Below are positions 39,580 to 51,655 of a stretch of DNA of 64,000 nt, in pieces. Both the position numbers and the translations under genes were made by a program. The notes under the pieces were generated by a model. It had not been told where the DNA came from and did no database searches. It saw only the letters and a program-made list of their open reading frames with translations. The DNA is from Macrostomum lignano (Eukaryota): contig NIVC01000006.1 in assembly GCA_002269645.1 (NCBI GenBank), positions 992,001 to 1,056,000 of the forward strand, in the 5' to 3' direction. Within the stretch, counting starts at the first letter, position 1. Each line of letters begins with the position of its first letter.

Positions 39580-39669
39580 GTATGCAAATGAATGGCACTA
39601 TAGTATTATTTTATATAATTGCTTTGCTTAGGGCTTAAAGACTAAAGTGTACAGACCAATTTCAAACTT

Positions 39670-40620
39670 ATGATTGAGACGCTGATCTTAAAGATTGAGA
39701 CCCTGATCCTAGAAATTAAAACACTGGTCACGAAGATTAAGACCCTGATCTCGAAGATTGAGACCCTGATCCTAGAAAGTAAAACACTGGTTACGAAGAT
39801 ACCCTGATCCCAAAGATTGAGACCCTGATCCCAAAGATGAGACCCTGATCCCAAAGATTGAGACCCTGATCCCAAAGATTGAGACCCTGATCCTAGAAAT
39901 TAAAACACTGGTCACGAAGATTGAGACCCTGATCCTAGAAATTAAAACACTGGTCACGAAGATTGAGACCCTGATCCTAGAAATTAAAACACTGGTCACG
40001 AAGATTGAGGCCCTGATCCCAAAGATTGAGACCCTGATCCCAAATATTGAGACCCTGATCCCAAAGATTGAGACCCTGATCCCAAAGATTGAGACCCTGA
40101 TCCCAAAGATTGAGACCCTGATCCCAAAGATTGAGACCCTGATCCCAAAGATTGAGACCCTGATTCCAAATATTGAGACCCTGATCCCAAAGATTGAGAC
40201 CCTGATCCCAAAGATTGAGACCCTGATCCCAAAGATTGAGACCCTGATCCCAAAGATTGAGACCCTGATCCCAAATATTGAGACCCTGATCCCAAAGATT
40301 GAGACCCTGATCCCAAAGATTGAGACCCTGATCCCAAAGATTGAGACCCTGATCCCAAAGATTGAGACCCTGATCCCAAAGATTGAGACCCTGATCCCAA
40401 AGATTGAGACCCTGATCCCAAAGATTGAGACCCTGATCCCAAAGATTGAGACCCTGATTCCAAATATTGAGACCCTGATTCCAAATATTGAGACCCTGAT
40501 TCCAAATATTGAGACCCTGATTCCAAATATTGAGACCCTGATCCCAAAGATTGAGACCCTGATCCCAAAGATTGAGACCCTGATCCGAGAACCTAAAACC
40601 CTGATCTTAAAGATTGAGAC
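39670..40620. repeat. 21-bp minisatellite in PAXX intron
   Basis: Unit GATTGAGACCCTGATCCCAAA, with 42-bp variant units at the 5' end. Confidence 0.95.
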
Positions 40621-40728
40621 ACCAATCCTAAAGATAAGAACCAGGTCTGCAGAAGCCCTGGCCCCGAAGATCTACTTTAATAGTATATCGAAATCTGAGA
40701 AATCTACATTATTCGACATTTAACACAG

Positions 40729-41221
40729 GGCCAGTCTCCGCGAACTTCAACAACCGCCTACCACGCCGGGCGCCCCGCTGACTCTGCAGCTGCCGGTTGC
40801 TGGCGTTCAAATCAGCCTCAACCCCCCAGCCGACCAAGCCGCTTATCGACGCCGCTTGTTTTGCCTGCTGTCCAGTCGGACCCATGACCTCTCAGCCAGG
40901 CTGGATGCCAGCAGGCGAGATTTGGAGGCCGCCCGATCTGGCGGCGGCGCCTCTACGGCTGTCAGCTTAGCTAAACAGCTCGGCGCCGCCGCTGCTGGTG
41001 GTGCCGGTGGCGCTGGCGGTAGGCGCGCCGTTCGAACCGCCCTGCCTGGGATGAGTCTGCTCAATCCGATGCAGCGGAAGCGTCCAGCCGCCAGAGGAGT
41101 GGTGCTCAACCACGTTGATGACGACGACGAAGACGATGACGAAGAAGAAGCAAAAGAAAAGAAGAAAGAAGACGATAAGAAGGATAATGCAGCGTCAAAA
41201 GGGAAACAGCGCAGGAATTGA
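40729..41221 (+). CDS. PAXX: PAXX-like protein exon 2 (coiled coil and C-terminal Ku-binding-type motif)
   Basis: Acceptor acacag|G is phase-compatible. PGMSLLNPMQRKRPAARGVVL resembles the PAXX tail PGESLINPGFKSKKPAGGVDF. TGA at 41219-41221; 237 aa in total. Confidence 0.75.
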
Positions 41222-42974
41222 TTTATCGTTTAGTTCTTAAAAATAAACTTGCTAAATTCATCAGCAGGCGTCTGATCTATGCAGTCCGCGATTAGTGTTT
41301 TTATAAATTAATTTCCCAGCTCTGTCTACTACAGTAGCTACTTCATAATTCATTAGAAGTAGTATAGTTTGTTTTATTCTTTTAGTTTTTATATCCAGAA
41401 TCAATTCGCATGCTATACGTGTTTTTATGTAACTCATCAAGGTGTCAACGTTTTTAGTATGCTTATAAAATTCAGTGTATGCTCTGCTGCCATTGAAAAT
41501 TCACAATCAAGCAGATGGCCTAAAGCAACTATTTATTTTTTAAAAAACTTTCTTACTTCTATAATTGTACTTAATTATACTTTAAAGTAAATCGATTCAG
41601 TCAATGCATTTCTATAAGTACATTGCACTTAATGCATATGAACTTTTGCGCTGCTTGTTTTTAAGTACAATATATTCAGAATGACCGATGCTAGTGTTTT
41701 GATGTTTATGCATCGTCGCATCGTTAAAATTTCTGATGAAAAGGCTATAAATTTTTTGCTCCTCTTTTCTGCGTTCTGATTACTAAATTGCTCTCGTATG
41801 GAAATTCTCTTATTTCAGTCAGTTGTTACTAGCTACTTGCAAATATATGTGGGATATGTAATCATCATCAGCGAAAATCGCTAAATCGCTATATCCCTGG
41901 CGAATATCGCTAACGTCTATAGCGTAAAAAGGACCAAAATACTGCGAAAAGTTTTCCGGCAGTTTAAGTAATGCCGATATAATTTTTACAAAGGAATATT
42001 ATTTTATGAGAGCTTTCAAAACCTAATGAATAAAATAGTACATAATTTTCAACTATTTTTAATTAAAAGAGAAGAGAATATCGTCGTCGATCTTCGTCGA
42101 AATGAACGTCGACCAAGCGATCTATAGTTAGGATAGTGTCGAGTAATAAAGATGTGAATGTCAGATCTTTTTCCATTGCAAGTTTGAAGCTGTTTCGTAT
42201 GTGCAATTTTGTGATTTATGAAGGTTACCTCAAAGAGCGAAATTTAAACAGCAAAATCAAGTCTCAGAACGTTGGTAGTTCATCTCAGCTCTGGAAATAT
42301 TTATATGGTTTGTAAGCAAGTTGTTCTTGATTGTTGTTCGATTTTCGGATGTATTTCCTGCATCCCTATTTCAAGTATGACAACGATAACGTCACGTTGG
42401 CTCCACAACGAGTATTTAATTTAATTTGATTTAATTCTTCGCTTAATGATCGTGCGCAACGTCGAATAGGCGACGTGACGGATGTGTTTTTGTTGCAGCA
42501 TTTGCATTCCTTCATATTATCGCTTGGTTCAGTCCAATTAATAAATTCTTAGCCTCTTAGTCTTAGGCATAGTCAATGCTCTAAGGCACATAAAAAAGTA
42601 CTATATTTAGTTAAGGGACGGCCGCATGGGCAGGAAAGGTCTTTTAAAAGTCCCAAAATAATTAAAATTTTGGGTGTAAGAAGAGTCTATGCAGATGCTT
42701 TTACAGAAATACAAATGATCAAAGGAAAAAAACAATTTTGTACCTAGTTTGTCTGAAAGCTAGGGCTAACTTCATTTTATTTTCATACTAGAGAGTCAAG
42801 ACTCTAGATTGAGATTAGAAGTTCAAGAAAAGGAAAGAACAAGGAACTAAAGTAAAAATAATGTTAGGCCCCTAATGAATATATTAACTAGGGCCTAGGG
42901 CCTATATTTATTGAATAATATAACCAATTAATTAAAAAATATGATGACCTAGGTCCTAGGAATAGGGCTAGGGG

Positions 42975-43081
42975 AAATCCTGAAGATTCCCGCGTTTAAT
43001 TATTTTACGGAATTATTTCGCCCTCTATTCAAGGGTGTGGGGGGGTGTAGGTTATAATTAAATGCGGGAATCTTCAGGATA
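42975..43081. repeat. Short inverted-repeat element
   Basis: Arms ATCCTGAAGATTCCCGC..TTTAATTA / TAATTAAA..GCGGGAATCTTCAGGAT. Confidence 0.6.
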
Positions 43082-44489
43082 ACCGATGGCTAGGCCCCTT
43101 CAAGGCTTCAACTTCAAGTAGGGCCTATAGTAGGTGTAGGCCTAAGGGCATAGGCCTAAGGCTTAGGCCTAAGGCTTAGGCAAAAATTCAAGTCAAATTA
43201 AAAACTAAAATCATATAGGTATAGGCCTAATTTAATTTTTTTTAATTTTTGGGCTTGTTTTTTTAGACTTCAATGTCTAGTTGACATGGTTGTTATGTTA
43301 ATGACGTTGACATTGTCTAAATGAGAAAGATACTTAGGGCATATGAATATCATATCTTCTTTAGTTTATAGAGGCCGATCCTAGGGCTAGACCTATGCCC
43401 TAATTAAAATTAAATTTCTTTTTGTATACATAGGGTCATTGAATACTAGTCAAATTGTCAGCTAGCATTTTGTCAACTGAGAAGCCATTTCCCTTAGGCC
43501 TTAGCCCTTAGGTCACTTTGTCAACTGGCAAATCAATTGACCTTTAAACATTGTCGCTATCAATTTTCAATTGTAACACTTAAAATGGTAGTCACTATCA
43601 CTTTGTCAACTAGGCCTATGGTTATATACATAATCATATGCCAATACTACCTATAGAGGTCTATATATGCAATGCAATGCAATATTTTGTATAATACATG
43701 TTAAGGCTAGGCCCTATAGGCCTATCTATGCCAAAAAAATTTCTATTAAATTCTCTTATATGAATAAAGCAAGTAAAGTAGGTTAGGCCCTAATTAATTT
43801 TGAAGTACAATAGGCCTTATACTGCATTGATAAGCCTATATTCTTTCCAAAATAGGCCTATATAATTATATGATACATGTTTAAATTTCTAAATTTGGCC
43901 TATTCAAATTCAGATTCAAAATTTAACATTGAATTATAATATAATAAAAAGGTTGTTTAAAAATGATAAATAATGATAAACAATTAATTAATTAATCAGT
44001 GAATATTAATTTTTTAAAATCACAAATAAAATATCTTGTATAAAGCTCAATTCTCTATAAACATTTGGCACCAAAGTAACTATAAATTAAAAATGGAAAC
44101 ACTGTCAATTGCAAATACTGTTATCCCTGCCAAATAGTCACTTTGTCAACTTCTGATAAAATGCCAGTTGATAAAGTGACTAGCACCTAGGCCATCATAG
44201 GCCTAGTCTTAGACCTAAACTATACCTAGGTCCTATAATATAGCAGAGTAGTATTGTATACTAGTTCCCCTTATATGTATATATATTTACTAGATCTACT
44301 TATATGATTGTTTGCAATTTTTGTTATCTTTATTTTTAGCCAATTTTGGTTAGCCCTATTGGAATAAATGGATAGAAAGCATCCAATATCCATTGCAATT
44401 TAGAAATTTTCTGGTTTCATATTGTGGCTGGAGTCAAGGCAGGTGGTGTCATAGTGCATTGCAGTTTTTGGTTAAATGGCAAGACTAAC

Positions 44490-47400
44490 TATCGTTAACT
44501 ATAATTAACTATAATTATCTGCAGGTGATAGTACAGAGGATGCTAACACTAACATGGAGCTAGTTTGTAGCAATGAACTCCCTGCTGCAGCCTGGCTTAG
44601 TTGGGCAGAGTGGAGGGCCTAGGACCTGAACATCAAAGGTATAACAGTCTTAGCGGATGGTGGTGCATGCTGTCTAAAGGCTGATGGCAGTTAAGGCTTA
44701 TGGCAGCATGGCAGCCTCAGCAGTGGCAGTGTCTATTGCATCATTACTGTCAATTCTTGCATGGCTTGGCACCCAAATAAAAGTGATGGCAGTGCTACTG
44801 TTGGCTAAAAGTTGTCAGCAGACTTTTCCAGTGGCAGTGGCTTGCCCAAAGGGGCCTTGTTCAAGGGCCATCAGGGCACTCAGGCTGTCCATGGCAATGG
44901 CAACTGTGCAGAAGGCGCAGGTTGGTTTGCAAGGAGGTATTCTAGCATACGTAGCATGGATATAACCTAGCTCAGCTTGAAAGCTGCTGCAGAGTGCGCC
45001 AGCCGGCTTGCAGATAATAGTAGTGGCATTGCCAATGCAGATGACAGCAGCACTGCTGCTATTCTCAGTGCCACTGGTGGCTAACTCATTGGTCCAAGTG
45101 ATGGCGTCGTAGTTGGCAACTCTGGCAAGACTGGCAGTTGCAGCTTTGGCCTTAGCCACTGAGGGGCAGAGCAGTGGATGTGCATTTCAGTGAGGTCAAA
45201 AGTTTTAAGGCCACCGCCACAGTTTCCAAGGGGTAGGTCTAGGCATGCTTTCCTATCCGAGGTGCTGCAGCGTGGCATAGATGGGCAGCTTGGTGGCAGC
45301 GTGGTGCAGCACTTTTGGAACTTGTGGGAGCGGTTGAGGTTGCGGCAGTCATCAGCGGACCTCATCTCCCGCGCTGGGGGCAAACAAAGCTCCAGTTTTT
45401 GAGTTGCAGTCATGTCTGCCACGTGGTGGTGGCAAAAGCTAGGCAGTCTGGCAGCAGCCTGGAGATGCATTTGAACAAGGAGGCGGCTTGCTTGATGGCA
45501 ATGTTGCCCACAGGCGGCAGGTTCGCCAGTTGGAGTGTCAGGTGGTTCGGGGTGGAACTGCAGCAGCCGGTGATAGTGATAATGTGCGCGCAGATAGTTT
45601 GTTGCTGTTCGATGGTGCGCCTAGTGCTTGGTGCCGCGCCTATGAGCCATATGGCACTGTCATAGTCTGCGCAGGCTCAGATAGTGGCGAGGTAGATGGC
45701 CCGCAGGGCGCCAAGGCTCTGTGGCATTGAGCCATGCAATGGCGGACCTCTTGGCCATGCTGGCTGAAGTTGAGCTGCCAATCGAGGGTCACGCCGAGCA
45801 GCCTAGAATGAAGGTTGAAGGCGAGCTCGTGGCCATTGATGGTAAGCGAAAGGTGGAGTTTGCCATTGCACTCGGCTGGGCTAAGGGTGAAGGTACCGTA
45901 CTTGCACTTCTCCCAGCTGAGAAGTACTTTCCAGATCTTGCACCATTCCACCACAGTGTCAATGGCAGGCTGGAAAATGGCAGTGCACCCCCGGAGCTGT
46001 TGATGAGTGGCTGGCAATCGAGGGTCATGCCGAGCAGCCTAGGATGAAGGATTGAAGGCGAGCTCGTGGCCGTCAATAGTAAGCAGAAGGTGGAGTTTGC
46101 CATTGCACTCGGCTGGGCTAAGGGTGAAGGTACCGTACTTGCACTTCTCCCAGCTGAGAAGTACTTTCCAGATCTTGCACCATTCCACCACAGTGTCAAT
46201 GGCGGGCTGGAAAATGGCAGTGCACCCCCGGAGCTATTGATGAGTGGCTGTGAAGCTGCTGTCATCCACGTAGAGATTGATGCTGCAGCTGGGGCTGGCG
46301 CACAGCACCGCAGCAAGTAGGTCATTAATGTAGAGCAGCCAGAGAAGTGGGGCGATGACGCTTCCCTGCAGTAGTCCATCCGAGAAAATACGCTTGCTGC
46401 TATGGCTGAGTTCCAGCAGATGGCGGCACGCCTGTCATAGAGGAATTTGAAGATCCACAGCGTGAAGCGCGCTGGGACTCCCGCATTGCGTAGTTTGATG
46501 CAAAGAGCCTGGAGCCAGACCCAGTTATATACTCGTTTAAAGTCCAGTAGCACAAGGGCCAAGTGGAGGGCAGGGCTGGCTTCAAGGCTGTCAAAAATAG
46601 ATTGGCAGACGTGGGCCAGCACCTCTTCCGTGCTGCGGCCAGAGCGAAAGCCGGCTTGTTCAGGGGTAAGCCGGTTGTGCTGTTCAAGCCAGACACTGAG
46701 ATGCTGCTGGATGAGCCACTCTGCAATCTTTGCAATACAAGGAGATCAAGGAGACAATCAAGGAGACGGGCTTCGGTGTCTGGCGGGAGCTGTTTGATCA
46801 TTTCATTGGCGATTCCGTCCAGGCCAGCGCTCTTGCCGGTTTTGAGCCGGCTGATGGCGGCGCACAGCTCAGCCAGGGAGAAGTCGCACTCGGCATCGCT
46901 GAGGGGTTCCCGGAGGCAGCTGCGCAGGTAGTTGTTTGCTTCGGTACGGATGTTTCTCTCATTGGTGACCGGCTCAAGCTGGGACTCGCTGGCGTAAATA
47001 TCGACAAACAGATCGGCTTTCTCACAATCGGTGACAGCTTTGTGAGTGGCCCCGCGTTTCGAGGTGTTTTGGATGGTTGCACTGAATCAGGGCTGGGCGG
47101 CGTCGCCGCGGAGCTTCTGGGTGAGGCGGAAGAGGTCAGAGCCGATGTTGAGCCACTCGCAGGTGTTCTCCCAATGCTCTCGCTTTGCAGTGGCAATGGT
47201 CTTGTGTAGCGAGACGCGGGCTCCGTTGTAGTCAGTTTATGTTGGCTGCTGACGGGGTGATCTCCCTCTGTTAAAGGGCGGCGCAACAGGCCTCCAGGGT
47301 GCAATCGCAGTTTTCGTTCCAGAAGGACTTGGCCTGGCCCTTGCAGGCTCCTCTGGGGATGGCTGCCGACGCGGCCTGGAGGATGTCGCTGCAGAGGTGC

Positions 47401-47745
47401 TTGTATGCCTGTGAGGTGCTGACGGGTCCCGGGCGGTCCTGGGTGGTCGCGGCATGCAGGGAGCTGCGAAAGAGCGGCCAGTTGGCCTTTTTGAAGGCCC
47501 AGGCGGTGCGGTTGGTAACGGGGGACCTGCTCCATCGCGGATCAAGAACTGTATTGGCAGGTGATCGGAGCCAAGGTCCTCGCCGACTCCCCAGCAAGGA
47601 CCTCGGCTGGGGCGTCGGCGAGGACCTCGGCTCACTTCGCAGCATCCGGGAAAATTGAGACACTTCGCCGCCCTCGAAAGGGTGCAGGCGCATCGGGAAC
47701 GTGGTCTCGTTGCCACCCGTGATCAGAATTGCTAGTGTCGCTGCA
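44490..47745 (-). mobile_element. Decayed, 5'-truncated LINE (I superfamily, Ingi-like: APE-RT-RNase H)
   Basis: Minus strand: WGVGEDLGSDHLPI (APE end); LDFKRVYNWVW, GLLQGSVIAPLLWLLYINDL and YVDD (RT); AGALCSSFQAEL, DSLSAL and FIWVPSH (RNase H). Frameshifted, with a short-repeat 3' tail near 44490-44520. Confidence 0.88.
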
Positions 47746-48285
47746 AGCAACTCTCTAGTGACTCTAGCGACTCTGGGGCAACTCTTTTCACTTTTTAATA
47801 TGATGTAGGGGCGTACTGTTGGGACACAATTGCAGAACTGTAAAAGGGTTGCAAAAATTGTCTTCTTAAGAGTTATTGTGTTAGCACCTAATTTTCTACT
47901 AAATTAAGTAGACTAATTGCGAAATTTGATTATAATCGGTGATTATCTCGGTGATTATAAAGTGCCTCGAACATGACTCTATAGGCCTAGAGTCATTATA
48001 AAAGCACCCCACAGTCACTTGTGTCATCCCAAAGTCATTACAGAGTCGCAGAAAAAGATTTATTAAAGGCCTCAAATTGACTCTTAGGCGATTTTTTAAT
48101 GACTTGCGACCCTGACACCTCGTCGTTTGGAGTCAATTCTTTCTTAATTTACCTGTGTTGCCTAAGTACTGTTTTCATCAGAAATGGGGGCGTACGCAGC
48201 GGCGTTGACTTTATCATTGCCAGCTAATTAAAAATACGAGTTTAAACAAAATTTACAGCTAAATTCCAAGCCCAAGCCATACACA

Positions 48286-48957
48286 ATGCGCAGTCCAAAG
48301 TCTCAGCAGGGAAACAGTTCCAGTTCAGCTTCGTCATCAGCAGCGGTTAGCAACAAGCTGAAGCAGCACAAGCGCAAACTGGCCGAGCTGCGGGCCAGCC
48401 ACGCCAAGCTGCAGACTGAGCACGCCGACTGCCGGCTCACCATCGCGTCCCTGCGCGAACGAAACGCCATGCTTGAGGCCCGGGCTTCGTCCTCAACTTC
48501 AACCGCAGCCTCCTCAGCTGCTGCCGCCACCAACAGTCGGCATTCGTACTTAGCCAAGGAGAACGAGCATCTCATGCGACAGCTGGACAGCCTGCTGTCC
48601 GCCGCCAATTCTCGTCGAACGTCTGGCAACGAGGACGCCGCGTCGCAGTGCTCTTCGTCCTTTCACTCGGCTGCCGCTGCCTCTGTGGCTGCCGCATCTG
48701 TCCAGACCGAATCTGACTGTCGTGGCAGCGACAGTTCAACTGCCGAGTCTCTGGCCCGACTCACCGGCGAGATTGGCGACCTGCTTGATCAGCTGCGCGC
48801 CGGCCGGGAGCGCGAGGAGGCGCTCCGCTGCAAGCTGGTCACCGCCGAGGAGCGGGTGGCCTTCGTGCGCGAAGAGAAAAAAGAACTGCAAAAGCGAACG
48901 GACCGCTACTTAGACGAGAAGCTGGAAAAGGGAGAGGCGCTTGAAGAAGCTAAAGCG
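48286..48957 (+). CDS. Coiled-coil protein exon 1
   Basis: Long GC-rich heptad-rich ORF; upstream acceptor atttacag| at 48258 in frame; donor GCG|GTGAGT. Confidence 0.8.
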
Positions 48958-49506
48958 GTGAGTTTATAATTTGACTAGGTGCCGATATGTAGCTTATATT
49001 ACTTTGTAAAAGTGCTTTTGAACAACTTAAAAATTTTATTCAAATCTAGTCCACATAAGCAGTCTAGCCTGTTTAATTATTTGCCTGTTTTTTCGCTAAA
49101 TTAAAAAATTTAGCTCGGCGCCGATATGTAGCGTAAAATACTTTCTGTAGCGCTTTTTGAAGTGCCGTAAATGAATGTAAACAAAGTATTGGGATGGTCC
49201 TTTAACTACTATTTTTTTCAAAAAAGATTTTTTTCAGCTAAATTTTCTGTCAGCTGTTAAATTCTTGCATTCAATTTTTGGCAAGATCTAGACACTGGAT
49301 ATTTACCGATATGTAGCGTAATATACTTTGTAAGACCGTTTTTTTCTGACAGTTTTAAAGAATAAAAAATACATTTTCAGACTTAAAGTTAAAAAATTCT
49401 AAACTAGCAATTGGAAAACCTCTGGAAAAAATCAGGCGCCGATATGTAGCGTAAATAACTTTGTGGAGCGCATTATTTTCATCGCGAGTCCCAATTAATT
49501 ATGCAG

Positions 49507-50091
49507 GAGATCCAACGCCTTGAAGCCGCTTTAGCCGAGGCGGATTCTAAATTATCGGCCACCTCAGAATCCGCTGCTAGCGCTGCCACCAGCGCCGAGC
49601 AGCGCGCCAACGACGCCGTAAAAGTCGCCGAGCAGCGCGCCAACGACGCCATAAAACTCGCCGAGAAGCGCGCCGCCGATGCTGAACAACGCGCCGCGCG
49701 CGCCGAATCGTCTCTAGCCGAGCTTCAACGACGCCAGACAGCCGCCGCCGAGGCTGAGAAACGCCAGCTGCTCAGCCGATGTCGCGAAGCTGAGCGCCTG
49801 GCCGCCGAGCGCGAGCAGTCTGTGCGCGAGATGGATGTCCGCCTCAGCCGAGCCGTAGCTGAGGCCGAGTCCCATTCGCGGGAGGCCCGCTCAGCGAAAG
49901 ACCGGCTGGCCGCCGTGGAGGCGGAGAAAAATCGACTTTTAGAATCGGCCAATTCAACGACTAACGAGACGGAGCGTCGGCTGGTTGAGGAGCGTCGGCG
50001 GGTGGCCGGGTTTGAGCAGGCCCAGTCCGCTGCCAAGGAGATGCTGGCCGATCTGCAGGAGCAGGTTGCCGTGCTCAAAGATCAGCTCAAG
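49507..50091 (+). CDS. Coiled-coil protein exon 2
   Basis: Acceptor atgcag|GAG in phase 0; Ala/Glu/Arg-rich heptads; donor AAG|GTTCGG. Confidence 0.8.
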
Positions 50092-50358
50092 GTTCGGCTC
50101 AGTTTCTCTGCTTTGTTGCAGCTTGTCTGTCATGTCTTCGTGTCTTTGTGTCTTCCTATCTTCATGTCGTCTTATCTTTATGTCTTCATGCCTTCATGTC
50201 TTCGTATCTTCGTCTCTTCGTGCCTTTATGTCGTCTTATCTTCATGTCTTCCTTTTTTTAAGTCTTCCTAGCTTTGTTTCTTCACGTCTTCATGCGTGAT
50301 TGCGTGAGCTGAGCCACAACCACTACTCTACTCAACTGCACCTATCCGTCGCCTTCAG

Positions 50359-50700
50359 TCCGCACAGGCTCAGCTGGACCGTCGCCAGCAGGCGGCCGCA
50401 GCCGACACGGCCGCTCAGCTGTCCGAGCTTCGCTCCGCAGTCAGCTCCGAGCGTAAACGCGCCGCCAAATCGGAATCAGAGGCCGAACGATTGCTGCAAC
50501 GACTGCGCCAGACAGAATCGGAATTGGACTCGGCCGAGCGCAGGCATCAGGAAGCTCGGGAGGAATGGCAGACTCGAGCCTATCAGCTTGAGCAGACCTG
50601 CGCTCAGCAATTAAAATTAATTGATTATTTGCGACCGTTTGAAGAGCAACTGAATAATTGTCGGTGTCGGGCTAAGAAAGTTGTGCGAGTTCTCGGACAG
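50359..50700 (+). CDS. Coiled-coil protein exon 3 (citron-like motif)
   Basis: Acceptor at 50358 (or in-frame 50367). LEQTCAQQLKLIDYLR resembles citron TISQQTKLIDFLQ. Donor CAG|GTGAGT. Confidence 0.75.
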
Positions 50701-50729
50701 GTGAGTATCTCTTGACTGCTCTGATTTGT

Positions 50730-51125
50730 CAGGAAGTGGTAGAGAGAATCATACTAGGACTTCTCTGATTGGCCAGGAAAGGTTAAAGAGAGAGAGAATC
50801 AGACTAGGGCTTTCTGATTAATTAGGAAAGGGGTAGAGAGAGAATCAGACTAGAGTTTCTCTGATTGGTCAGGAAAGGGGTAGAGAGAGAATCAGACTAG
50901 GGCTTCTCTGATTGGTCAGGAAAGGGGTAGAGAGAGAATCAGACTAGGGCTTCTCTGATTGGTCAGGAAAGGGGTAGAAAGAGAATCAGACTAGAGTTTC
51001 TCTGATTGGTCAGGAAAGGGGTAGAGAGAGAATCACACTAGGGCTTCTGATTGGTCAGGAAAGGGATAGAGAATCAGACTAGGGCTTCTCTGATTATGGT
51101 CAGGGGTTAGAGAGAGAATCAGACT
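50730..51125. repeat. 47-bp minisatellite in intron
   Basis: Unit CTGATTGGTCAGGAAAGGGGTAGAGAGAGAATCAGACTAGGGCTTCT. Confidence 0.9.
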
Positions 51126-51484
51126 GCTAGCCCAGCAACTGAGTATCTGGGAGCCTCGCCTTTCTTTATTTGGTCAGAAACTTAAGAAAATACATCTATT
51201 ATGGGACATTCTAAATTTTGTATATTGAAGTTTTTAAAGAATAATGTATGTAATTAGGCTAATGCAATTTCAATACCCTTCAACTCTTCGTAGTGAACAA
51301 GTCCTCACTGCAGGAGCCATGGCTGCATTATAAGACTTGTGATTCCACTGTAATGGGAAAGAATTTAGTCAGACCAACCGGCTATGCTGGGACTGAAGCC
51401 ACCTGACGGAATATATCTGTATATCTCCCACCATGCAGCAAAATGTAAATTTCCTAAATTTATTGTCAATCCGCCATTATCCAG

Positions 51485-51655
51485 TGGAACTCGGCAGCTC
51501 TGTCAACTCCGCAGAGGACCAGCGCATCCACAGTTGCAGCTCCGCAAGATGGAGCCACAATGTCAGTTCAGAAGCAGCAGCAGCATCAACAAGCTGTTGG
51601 CAGTTGGCCATCAAGCAACAAATACAGTTTCGTTACTCCTAAAAGCAAGCCCTGA
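51485..51655 (+). CDS. Coiled-coil protein probable terminal exon
   Basis: Acceptor tatccag|TGG in phase 0; WNSAALSTPQRT...FVTPKSKP* with TGA at 51653-51655. Confidence 0.55.
   Translation, partial: WNSAALSTPQRTSASTVAAPQDGATMSVQKQQQHQQAVGSWPSSNKYSFVTPKSKP

Noticed and set aside
42060-42420. Possible decayed hAT dimerisation-domain fragment on the minus strand (FPEL...LVDVHF...RRR)
   Set aside because: The resemblance needs several frameshifts and lacks the SERxFS motif, so it cannot be supported.
44485-44520. TAACTATAA words as an I-CeuI/23S rRNA site
   Set aside because: Only 9-bp matches; better explained as the short-repeat 3' tail of the LINE.
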